Below are positions 25,301-32,428 of a DNA stretch of 52,039 bases, in pieces. A program made the position numbers and the translations under genes. The notes below the pieces were generated by a model. That model was not told the origin of the DNA. It did no database searches and saw only the letters and a program-made list of their open reading frames with translations. The DNA lies in contig CAZDXV010000003.1 in the NCBI GenBank assembly GCA_964509645.1, positions 1 through 52,039 on the forward strand. The letters run 5' to 3'. The DNA comes from an uncultured Candidatus Saccharibacteria bacterium (lineage in GTDB: Bacteria; Patescibacteriota; Minisyncoccia; Minisyncoccales; GWA2-38-27). Position 1 is the stretch's first letter. Each line of letters starts with the position of its first letter.

Positions 25301-26706
25301 GATCCTCCGATAGAATCTAAAACTCGAGCAATGTCTTTATTGGAATTTAAAACTGAGACGGCGTTAGTAGGATTTTCAGCTACAGAAGCTATATCGTAAG
25401 CTGTGCTAAAAACCCCGGAAAGATCGCCTGGTACTCCTAGCATGTTCGTTATATTAGCGACAGATCCCACAAGAGAAGAATATTGTGTTGGGTTTTCTAC
25501 GATAGAAGCTATGTTATACCCTATATTGTAAGTATTTCCCAATTCGCTTGTGACGCCTAAAATATTAGTAAGGTTTTCTGTAGAGCTTAAAATGCTTCCC
25601 AGGTTCTCGGGATTCTCAGCTATTAAAGCCACCTGGGTGGCTATAGAAAAGGCCTTGGAAAGATTCGCCGGCACTTCTACTATTTGAGATAGATTATTTA
25701 AAGAGCCAACCATCCCCGTAAGGTTTTGAGGATTTTGAGTTATGCCGGAAATCTCTCCGACAATATCAAAAACTTTAGGAAAGTTCTGAGAAAGTCCTAA
25801 GCTCTGCGAAAGGCCATCTATAGAATTTAAGACTCCAGACAGCTCCCCTATGTTTCCTGTTCCTTGGGCGACAGACTCCGATAATTTTAAAGCAAAACTT
25901 AAATTGTCTGGTCCTAACATATCAGAAAGGCTTTCCATAATACTTGAATAGGCTAATAGGCCCTGAGGGCCTAAAATATTTGTAAGGGGAGTAGCTCCCA
26001 TCGGACTGCAGCTTGGAGGCCATCCGCAAACAGGATCTGCCTGACTACAATCGCACTGCTGGGCTAGGCTGTCTAACTGCTTGCTGTTTTGAGACAGCTT
26101 TTTTGATATGTCCAGAGTTGAAATGGCATTAGTTGATATTCTTGTTATTCTGGGAGTGTTTTCTGGGACGCTGTTGGGGTCTGAAATATATGTTTCAAAA
26201 ATATCGCCTTCAATGATTCTTCCTATGGGAAGCTCTACATGGATTGAGGTATTGGCAGATAAGATTTTGGGGTTTGGGACATCAGGTATTTTTTCAACTT
26301 TTACTTCTTTTACTTCAAAGGGTTCTAAAGAAATAAGATCTGGACTTATCACGCTTAAAACCAGATAAGAGGTTAAGAGAATGAGAATGCCAAAAAAAGC
26401 AGAAGAAATAAGCTCTTTGGCCTTAGAAAGGTTGGTGGGATTTCCGTAAGAAAGAAGATAAAGTACTCCTCCATAAGCTATAACCCCAAAGGCTACAAAC
26501 CCTAGAATCCAGATAGCCAGTCTGAAGAAATAATTAATGTATAAGGGGAAAGCTTGGTTCGGATGAACTCTCTGTAGAAAACTTTGGGGAGGCTCTGCGT
26601 TAGGAAGAGTGGGATAGTTTATCTCTAAAGCCAAAACAAAATCTGCTCCCAAAGAAAATAAAAGGAGCAAAAAACAGAATAAAATTATTTTCTTTCTTTT
26701 TCCCAT
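22387..26706 (-). CDS. Giant (1439 aa) pilin-like paralog 1: signal peptide, LEINYP N-terminus, two-helix hairpin, Cys module, ~800-aa array of ~40-aa repeats, coiled coil and C-terminal Cys-rich modules. Putative fibre or tip adhesin
   Basis: N-terminal module YINYFFRLAIWILGFVAFGVIAYGGVLYLLSYGNPTNLSKAKELISSAFFGILILLTSYLVLSVISP. Two repeat families: ENPxxxxxxLxSxxNIxxxLGxxxxLxxxFxxxYxIAxxA, and (D/N)PxDxxN(I/L)QxxxxDLSxxxPExxxxSQFLGExxxxAxxIx. Cys modules QCDCSQADPVCGWPPSC and CTCDTC...CYSVCIPVFDDGDLVGCDEWCEGSACP. Confidence 0.6.
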   Translation of the reverse strand: MGKRKKIILFCFLLLLFSLGADFVLALEINYPTLPNAEPPQSFLQRVHPNQAFPLYINYFFRLAIWILGFVAFGVIAYGGVLYLLSYGNPTNLSKAKELISSAFFGILILLTSYLVLSVISPDLISLEPFEVKEVKVEKIPDVPNPKILSANTSIHVELPIGRIIEGDIFETYISDPNSVPENTPRITRISTNAISTLDISKKLSQNSKQLDSLAQQCDCSQADPVCGWPPSCSPMGATPLTNILGPQGLLAYSSIMESLSDMLGPDNLSFALKLSESVAQGTGNIGELSGVLNSIDGLSQSLGLSQNFPKVFDIVGEISGITQNPQNLTGMVGSLNNLSQIVEVPANLSKAFSIATQVALIAENPENLGSILSSTENLTNILGVTSELGNTYNIGYNIASIVENPTQYSSLVGSVANITNMLGVPGDLSGVFSTAYDIASVAENPTNAVSVLNSNKDIARVLDSIGGSKRIEDVFNVGYNIALIAENPGEYSTMVGAASNIATILNAPGDLGETFNVAYNIASIAEEPENLSRTFASLESIGNIVGANAYLTPAFKTIRDLGAITENPADLDTVLSSSERIARRLSSSQDIPIAFDKAYEAISLSQSYQEYPELIESMGRLSNNFENSAHLEQILDIAQEKRNQTENTEELVRILEEDLNFIHVVPSENLVSTLEEIEKIAERTGNLTEVKRITIEMRSMTPYAGEVFQGVGSISRAVENPSDLRNISRVLKDFSFLSKDSREAAVLLEDFGEISAIARDMSGIENLEKLAMELTYITADHHGFTEALRSFQGVASAIKEPEDLRNMQRAMEDLSLIVPELGGISSVLNDFQGIGAVIQNPRDMRNIQTALTDLSQFFPEAREMSQFLGEYAGIASLIEDPTDFQNLQVATDSLSAVIPQLEDVSQYFENLQGIASFIQDPTDFQELQGALNDLSQVIPEAAELSQFLGEFKNLAAVIQDPTDLSNIQAGLNDLSQIIPEADKLSQFLGEYAGIAGLIQNPGDLSNIMAAASDLAAIAPELSPILGELASLGGLFGGPQAIIGAFSSGSCTCDTCASSRGEIERLQNENTDNLIPSLRQEQQKTIKEREDLQEALDRLERAADFTDNCPYNLKNSLSHFFPVKESYIANKSGIVRQFPFWDDIIIPYLTKQNETVSEWVSFLCLIGGNILSTQNPVGTLGNKEITLGAEACFNEIPLGDIVERTLRTGSLMTEKMQTLIELDRELISEVDKLHVLISKCTSQSPSCYSVCIPVFDDGDLVGCDEWCEGSACPYGEISEQAKKIQQILERKNGINFIIDNPKIVDKKGMQKKTPKEEIGLRSIIESIIPPILKDLQLKVRQPMLVCEPQHGGNLLPCNRSIGKTTPEKGLIEGCAREEDFFQPCLEKCYLKENMEEYNLCLQGCLLLQEQNYSGLEGSEKIPGYRHRLNFFCCSAQINE
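23590..25990. repeat. Intragenic array of ~114-120-nt (about 38-40-aa) tandem repeats, two sub-families, about 20 units
   Basis: Long near-identical DNA stretches recur, for example ctataccRgcgtactctcctaaaaactgggaca at ~23713 and ~24072, and ctattccctgMaRgt. The periodic protein motifs are listed above. Confidence 0.6.
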
Positions 26707-26709
26707 AAT

Positions 26710-27147
26710 CTAGCTGCCTTTTAGATGGTAATAAACAGCTAAGGTCCAGAAGGGGGCAAAATCTCCCACAAAGGGGATTATTTCTCCTAGAAAAGCGAGG
26801 CCAAGTTTTTTCCCTATCTTTTTAGCTATTTTTTTCGTCAACTTATTTGCTCCCTTAGACAGGACAACTCCTCCAGAGGGGCTTAAGAGCATCAGGCCTC
26901 CTATAAACACTATGCCGATAATATCAAGGATATAGGAAATAGGAATCCCTATTCCAAAAAAACTTAAAACAAAAACAACAAGCCCTACCAAATCCAAGAC
27001 AATAGCCAGTAAAAACAGGATAATCCCGTACAGGCTTAAGAAATTTCCTATCTTTTGTATTTCATGAGCTGTTTCTTCTGCTCTATCCTTTGGTTTTTCT
27101 TCTCGGGTGTTTTCAGAAAGATTTTCTTCTTTTTGATTTTCTGGCAT
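26710..27147 (-). CDS. Small polytopic membrane protein (145 aa, acidic N-terminus, 3 TM, basic amphipathic C-terminal segment), function unknown
   Basis: Hydrophobic segments LSLYGIILFLLAIVLDLVGLVVFVLSFFGIGI and ILDIIGIVFIGGLMLL. Start abuts the VirB4-like gene stop. Confidence 0.5.
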   Translation of the reverse strand: MPENQKEENLSENTREEKPKDRAEETAHEIQKIGNFLSLYGIILFLLAIVLDLVGLVVFVLSFFGIGIPISYILDIIGIVFIGGLMLLSPSGGVVLSKGANKLTKKIAKKIGKKLGLAFLGEIIPFVGDFAPFWTLAVYYHLKGS

Positions 27148-30100
27148 TATCCTTCAAGCTCTTTTTTAGCTTGTTTTATTTTTTGGACTTCTTCTGGAGC
27201 TGTAGTTATTATCTGATCTTCTGCGTAGGAAGCTCTAATCTTCATCAAGATATGTTTGTTTCCGGCAAAAAATATGCCTTCCCCCACGGGAGACTCTAAA
27301 AGAAGCATTTTTTCTTCGTCGGTAAGGCTAAAGGTTTTTTGAACCATGTCTATGGTGGCAGAGCTTTGTTTCATCAAGAGAGTTAAAGATGAGTTTGTTA
27401 TAATCGGCTTTCCGTAGTCAGATTTCATAAAGTCGTTAATGTCCTGAGTTATGGTAGTTACTCCCAGCCAGTATTTTCTAGCTCTTTTAACTGTGCCAAA
27501 AAGAAAGGAGGCGCCGTCTTCGTTATTCATCAGCCACCAGGCCTCATCTATTATTAAAAGCCTTTTTTTCATTTTAGAAGTTACTGTTTTCCAGATATAC
27601 CTTAGAATAATGAAAAGAGCCATAGGCCTTAATTCGTCTTCCATATTTCTTATGCCAAAAACCACCATCCTGTTTTTAACGTTAACGTTAGAAGGGTTGT
27701 TGAAAAACTTCGAGTAAGCTCCCGTGGTAAATCTTTGTATTCTTCTTACTAAAGATTCTCCTCCCTCAATAGTAGATAGTACGCTTTCAAAGTCGCCTAG
27801 AGTGGGGAATGGAAGCTCTTTGCCCCATTGCTTCGGGTTGGATTCTGCTGTAATGTCTTTAGCGGCATACGTTTCTGTTATGGCTTTGTCTATAATAGAG
27901 TCCTCTTCCGGAGAAAGCCCTCCTAGCATGACTCTTATCAATCCCACTAGATTTATTACGTTAGATCTTAAGACATCTTCTGGGCTTTCGTCTTCGCCCG
28001 GAACAGGTAAGTCAAAAGGATTTATATGGCTGTCTGAAGCAAGAGAAATATTAAAGAAAGATCCTCCCACGGCGTCGCACAAGAACTTATATTCGTTTTC
28101 GGGATCTATTACAATGCAATCCGTTCCAAGCATTAAAGATCTTAAAATTTCCAATTTTACTGAATAAGAGTTATGAACAAACATTCCTCCTTGGCCAGCT
28201 AAAAAGACTTCGTTGTCTACGGTTAGATCGTAAACATAATTTTCTTTTTTGTTTTTAACTTTTTCGATTTTAACAATTGGATCCCATAAAAGATTAGAGT
28301 TAGCTAGCACTTTTAGCTGTTCCAGTTTTTCTTCGACCAAGGGCACTTTGTTATTCAGCATTTTTTGGTAGTTTTTCCAGACAAACCGGCTTGCTTCTTG
28401 GATTGTTTCATAGGAACAGTTTTCTTTTTTATTTTGAACTAATATTCTCTGCAGAGCAGGTTTCTTATGGTATTTTATTTGAAGGCCCATTTCTTTAAAT
28501 CCAGAATGAATTCTTTCTTTTAGAGCCACCAGAGAATAATTGTCTCCGTTAATTGTCTTTATAGCTTTGAATGCATTTTTTGAAAGGGGCTTAAATTTTT
28601 GGTTTTTCATTATTCCCCAGCTCCAGCCAAGATTCTCCCATAATCTGCTATTTAATTCTTGGCTGCCTTTTCCGGTTTCAATAATCCAAGCTAAATCAGG
28701 TATTTCTTCTAAAATTTTAAGAGTTGGTTCCAACTTTTTAAACTGCTGAATTCTCTCTTCGATTTTGTCTATTGTTCTTTGAAGCTGTTTTGGGGAGGGG
28801 TTATAGTTTCCCAATTTCAAGGCGGTTACTTCACGGATGCCGTACAGCTGAGGAGAAAATAAATCATATATTTCTTGGAATACTGACTGGAGACCGGGAA
28901 CAATATCAATATTAGTATTGCCCCTTTTTCCTGTAATTTGCTGAAGTTTCCCTCTTTTTTCCTTAGAAAGAAAATTAATGTTTTTAGCAAAACTTTCTAG
29001 GTTTTCTTGTCCTGATATTGTCAGTTTGTAGTAGGTTTTTTTACGCTTCCAATCAGAAGTTTTCTTCTTGGTTGTTGATATTCTGCTAATAATTCCAAAG
29101 CAGTATAAAAGATAAGATATTTCCGAAACTAGCCTTTTTGACTTAGAAGCGGCAGTTACTGAAGATTTTTCTACTCCTCCATCTCCTTCAAAGTAGGCTG
29201 ACAGATAGCCAGCTATCTTTGCTTTCTCCATATTAAAGATAAAAGGACAGACTCTTTTATGTCCCGATTTACCAAAGCCTCCAAGCTTTTTTACTAATTC
29301 TAAATAGATTCGGTCGGAAGAATTAATGCCTTGGTTTCCATAAAAGAAAGGAATATTGAGCTTTTGGAAGCAGTTATCTATTTCCTGCAAAACCTCTTTA
29401 TTTAGGTTGCTTATCATAATTGCTTTTTCTCCCGTAGTTCCTTCTGCTGCGATAAACCCTAAAAGCTTTAAAAAGGGAACTGTTATAGGGAAATTAATTG
29501 GCAAGGAATATTGTTTTCCTCTGTTCTTTGAAGCAATTTTTAAACGTTTTATTTTTTTGCTGTCGGATTTAATTTTTAAAACACCAAGAATTTTCCAGAA
29601 ATACTTGATAGGAACAGGGCGGCCGTCTCTATATTTATAAAGATAACGGTCGTATTTTTGAGATATAACGGTCTTTTTCAAAATATCGTAATTTTTTCTT
29701 ATAAGGTCTCCAGCTTCCCTCACATAAGCTTTTTCTGAATTTTTAAGAATATTCAAGAGGTTGATATATGTTAACTCCCCCTTTTGGACTACCTCTTTAG
29801 GCAAAGGAACGTATTCTCCCTTTTTAATTTCAGAGCTTTTGGCGGCTATAACTTTCCCCTTTTTTAGAGCTAGCATATTGTGATCTCCGGTAGTAGTAAT
29901 TTCCCTGCCGCTTTTTGTCTTAAATTTGTAAAAATATTTGGGGGCGTCTTTTCTTGCGGCAACGCTTACTTTAGACCATTCCCCTTTAAGGTCTTTGTTA
30001 AAACTGAAAACCTCTATTTCTGGATTAACTACCCCTTCTAAATCTTGGTCGATTTTAGTTAGCCCTTTTCTTTTTATTAGGTTTTCGATCAAGGGTCCTA

Positions 30101-30938
30101 TCTTTGACATTTTGGTTTTGCCTTTTTCTTTGAATAATACCGGAGTAGAAGCAACTACGCTTTTCCCGGCTCCCGAGACTGCGAAGACGCATGAGTTCGG
30201 ATTGGGAAGAGTGAACCTGTCAAAGAGGACCAGAGAATTATTATGCTTGTTTATGCCGTAAAGTATTCCTTCATTAGAACTTAAGTCAAAAGAGATAAAA
30301 GGAAAGGTGGAGGAAAGAGGAGAGGTATTCATTAGGGTTGTTACTCCCAGAATATCCAACCCGTAAGGAGAGCTGGAAACAAAACCTTCTTTCTGCTGAT
30401 AAAGGGCCGGTTTAATATATATGAGGCGGGATTCTAAAATAGATCTTAAAGTTGTTTCTGTTTGTCTCAGTTCTTTTTCTGAATCGCCGTATACTGTAAC
30501 ATAAAGAGAAAATCTAAACATTCTTTCTTGGGCTGTCTGGAGCCTGTCTCTTAATTCTTCTAGATTTTGATGGGCAGCTTCCAGGGTTGGATCTCTAATC
30601 AATCCCTTTTCTTCTCTTTCTGCAACTTCCGCCTGGACTTCCGTTACTCTTCTCCTTAACTTCTTGAGAATATCTTCTGTCGGAACAGGGTGCAGGTGAT
30701 AGGAAATATCAAGAGGAACATTCAGGTTAACTAAAGGGGAAAGCCAACCCGTTTGAAGGTACCGGGGGTAAGAAAAAACAAAATATGTTTTAGCCAGCTT
30801 TTCTCCTATTGCAAGATAATTCTGCTTTAATTGTATAAAGGAAGGGGCTACGATATCCGAAATCCTCAGGGGTTCCTCAGATATTATTTCATCTGGTATT
30901 TCTGATCTTTTAAATTTGTCTAAAAAAGGTATTTTCAT
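27147..30938 (-). CDS. VirB4/TrbE-like type IV secretion ATPase (C-terminal ~600-aa portion of the family fold) interrupted by a ~664-aa intein
   Basis: Walker A AVSGAGK|S...(intein)...|SYSVKLEIL. Walker B LLIIDEAWWLM (the DEAW signature of VirB4). GVTTITQ motif. PRYLQTGWLSPL...PLDISYHLHP region typical of VirB4 linker/N-domain. ATGA overlap with the upstream 209-aa ORF. Confidence 0.75.
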   Translation of the reverse strand: MKIPFLDKFKRSEIPDEIISEEPLRISDIVAPSFIQLKQNYLAIGEKLAKTYFVFSYPRYLQTGWLSPLVNLNVPLDISYHLHPVPTEDILKKLRRRVTEVQAEVAEREEKGLIRDPTLEAAHQNLEELRDRLQTAQERMFRFSLYVTVYGDSEKELRQTETTLRSILESRLIYIKPALYQQKEGFVSSSPYGLDILGVTTLMNTSPLSSTFPFISFDLSSNEGILYGINKHNNSLVLFDRFTLPNPNSCVFAVSGAGKSVVASTPVLFKEKGKTKMSKIGPLIENLIKRKGLTKIDQDLEGVVNPEIEVFSFNKDLKGEWSKVSVAARKDAPKYFYKFKTKSGREITTTGDHNMLALKKGKVIAAKSSEIKKGEYVPLPKEVVQKGELTYINLLNILKNSEKAYVREAGDLIRKNYDILKKTVISQKYDRYLYKYRDGRPVPIKYFWKILGVLKIKSDSKKIKRLKIASKNRGKQYSLPINFPITVPFLKLLGFIAAEGTTGEKAIMISNLNKEVLQEIDNCFQKLNIPFFYGNQGINSSDRIYLELVKKLGGFGKSGHKRVCPFIFNMEKAKIAGYLSAYFEGDGGVEKSSVTAASKSKRLVSEISYLLYCFGIISRISTTKKKTSDWKRKKTYYKLTISGQENLESFAKNINFLSKEKRGKLQQITGKRGNTNIDIVPGLQSVFQEIYDLFSPQLYGIREVTALKLGNYNPSPKQLQRTIDKIEERIQQFKKLEPTLKILEEIPDLAWIIETGKGSQELNSRLWENLGWSWGIMKNQKFKPLSKNAFKAIKTINGDNYSLVALKERIHSGFKEMGLQIKYHKKPALQRILVQNKKENCSYETIQEASRFVWKNYQKMLNNKVPLVEEKLEQLKVLANSNLLWDPIVKIEKVKNKKENYVYDLTVDNEVFLAGQGGMFVHNSYSVKLEILRSLMLGTDCIVIDPENEYKFLCDAVGGSFFNISLASDSHINPFDLPVPGEDESPEDVLRSNVINLVGLIRVMLGGLSPEEDSIIDKAITETYAAKDITAESNPKQWGKELPFPTLGDFESVLSTIEGGESLVRRIQRFTTGAYSKFFNNPSNVNVKNRMVVFGIRNMEDELRPMALFIILRYIWKTVTSKMKKRLLIIDEAWWLMNNEDGASFLFGTVKRARKYWLGVTTITQDINDFMKSDYGKPIITNSSLTLLMKQSSATIDMVQKTFSLTDEEKMLLLESPVGEGIFFAGNKHILMKIRASYAEDQIITTAPEEVQKIKQAKKELEG
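28170..30161 (-). mobile_element. Intein (HINT domain + LAGLIDADG homing endonuclease) inserted in the VirB4 P-loop
   Basis: Block A SVVASTPV directly after GAGK. Block B GREITTTGDHNML. LAGLIDADG-like motifs LKLLGFIAAEGTTG and KIAGYLSAYFEGDGGV. Block F YVYDLTVDNEVFLAGQGG. Block G MFVHN followed by +1 Ser. Splicing out restores SGAGKSYSVKLEIL. Confidence 0.75.
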
Positions 30939-31564
30939 GTTAAGTCAGCTGGTATTTCAGGGTAATATCCTCTTTCCGCTTCAAGAGGATGATGAAGGCC
31001 CCAAAAAAGCTCAGCTAGTTCCAAACTTCTTAAGGGAACAGCCTCTATTCCACAAGCTCTGAGCCCTAAAATTACAAACTCTACCCTTTGAAAAAGCTGA
31101 TTTTTAGCTCTTTGAAATTCTACTTCTGTGAGCTCTGTTCCTTTTTGAAATTTTTTAGCAGTTGATATTCCTCTAGTTTCAGCAATAGAGAAGGGAACGG
31201 CGACATAGAAGCTTTTTTGCATTATGGATCCCTCTTGAACAAGATTTTTAATAAATTTGTTGTATTCGGAAATCTGCATCTGGAGAAGCTCCTCTTCCTC
31301 TTTTTTTTCTATTTCTTCAAGCTTTTCAATATATCCTGTAATATTTATCTTTCGGGAGTTGACTATTATTTGGCAAGAAAAGTCTAGGGAATTGAGAAAA
31401 CTTTGGAAGGCGTAAAGAATAGATTCTTGCTCTTCGTCTGATTTTAAAGCAAAGTTTACAGAAGAGGCCATCAAAACCACTCTCAACCCCTTATTTTTGA
31501 GAATCACTACGCCGTCTCTTATTCTGTTGAACTTTAAAAAGTCTTGGGTTGTATTTTTGGCCAT
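30935..31564 (-). CDS. VirB4 N-terminal-domain-like protein (209 aa), apparent split-off N-fragment of the ATPase
   Basis: No TM. VVLMASSVNFALKSDEEQESILYAFQSFLNSLDFSCQIIVNS resembles the conserved N-terminal CagE/TrbE/VirB segment of VirB4 (G.d.e.ls.ee....l..ll..l). 209 + 599 aa (without the intein) is about canonical VirB4 length. Stop overlaps the downstream ATG (ATGA). Confidence 0.45.
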   Translation of the reverse strand: MAKNTTQDFLKFNRIRDGVVILKNKGLRVVLMASSVNFALKSDEEQESILYAFQSFLNSLDFSCQIIVNSRKINITGYIEKLEEIEKKEEEELLQMQISEYNKFIKNLVQEGSIMQKSFYVAVPFSIAETRGISTAKKFQKGTELTEVEFQRAKNQLFQRVEFVILGLRACGIEAVPLRSLELAELFWGLHHPLEAERGYYPEIPADLT

Positions 31565-31566
31565 AT

Positions 31567-31968
31567 TTATTTTATTTTGAGTCTGGTGGAAAGATCTTTA
31601 AGCTTGCTTCTTTCTGCCAGCTTGGGTTCTTTCTTCTCTATTTCTTTTTCAATTGTCTGCTCCCTTCTTCTTTTTATTTTAGGAGGGCTCGTTTTTTTCT
31701 CCCAAAGATAAACTTTAGGCTCTGTTAAGAAAGAGAAAAAGTTTTTGATTACAATAGGCAAAGGAGTCTTCTTTATCTTTACGAAAGCTAAAGAGAAAGC
31801 TATTCCCATGATAAAAGCAGCTGAAACAATAAAGGTTGTAAAAGATACGGTAAAATACAGGAAAAGGCAGAGGCCTCCAGCAACACCTACAAAAACAAAC
31901 TGTTTAAAAGTAAAAGGACCTACTATTTTCGCTTCTCTTTCTATAAATTGTGGAATTGTAAACTGCAT
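31567..31968 (-). CDS. PrgI/VirB3-like small membrane protein (2 TM) preceding VirB4
   Basis: MQFTIPQFIEREAKIVGPFTFKQFVFVGVAGGLCLFLYF has the PrgI-family pattern (IP..I...KI.G.T.RQF......). Two TM helices and a basic C-terminal tail. Position immediately upstream of the VirB4 genes, as in Gram-positive type IV secretion operons. Confidence 0.5.
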   Translation of the reverse strand: MQFTIPQFIEREAKIVGPFTFKQFVFVGVAGGLCLFLYFTVSFTTFIVSAAFIMGIAFSLAFVKIKKTPLPIVIKNFFSFLTEPKVYLWEKKTSPPKIKRRREQTIEKEIEKKEPKLAERSKLKDLSTRLKIK

Positions 31969-31969
31969 A

Positions 31970-32401
31970 TTATTCTGCTGTCACTTCTCTGTATTTATCT
32001 TTTTTGGAAGACTCTTTTTTATTAGGTTTCTTAATTTTTTCTTGGTAAAGCCCTTCTAGCTCTTTCTTAAGAGGCAGAAAAACTAAGGCTTCAATTTCAG
32101 AAGCTATGTTGCCTGAAGTTTTTTTGTCCAAGCCCATTTCTTCTTCTAAAGTTTTTCTGAATTCGGAGGGAGCGAGAAGTCCTGAAAAGACATAACCTAT
32201 GTTTTTTGTAATTTCTGATACTCCTTTTCCTTCTACTTTATTCTTTTTGCAAGCTTCGTTAATGTTATCTGCTACCTTTTCTGAGAAAAGAGCTTCTTGC
32301 AGGGTTTCGGGAAGATCTTTATAAAGCTCTTGAAGTTGTTCTTTTGGATAATTTGGCATGATTGTCTTCGATTTATTATAACATAAAGAAAAAAGCAACA
32401 A
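31970..32401 (-). CDS. Hypothetical soluble protein (about 130-143 aa), first gene after PBP and before the secretion-like operon
   Basis: ORF only. A more likely start is the internal MPNYPKEQLQ (32359). No recognisable motif. Confidence 0.35.
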   Translation of the reverse strand: MLLFSLCYNKSKTIMPNYPKEQLQELYKDLPETLQEALFSEKVADNINEACKKNKVEGKGVSEITKNIGYVFSGLLAPSEFRKTLEEEMGLDKKTSGNIASEIEALVFLPLKKELEGLYQEKIKKPNKKESSKKDKYREVTAE

Positions 32402-32428
32402 AACTCAGTTTTCCCCTGAAAAATACTC

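Noticed and set aside
23590-25990. Possibility that the periodic repeats are a CRISPR array
   Set aside because: Repeat units are ~114-120 nt, in frame within a long ORF, degenerate between copies, and have no short unique spacers. They are coding tandem repeats.
22387-26706. Diversity-generating retroelement targeting the adhesin-like gene
   Set aside because: No reverse transcriptase ORF, template repeat or adenine-specific variable-repeat pattern is visible in the window. The variation mechanism here is more likely repeat recombination.
26710-27147. Calling the 145-aa membrane protein VirB3 or VirB2
   Set aside because: Its topology (3 TM plus a basic tail) and its position downstream of VirB4 do not match either family well enough. 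It is left as an unknown membrane component.
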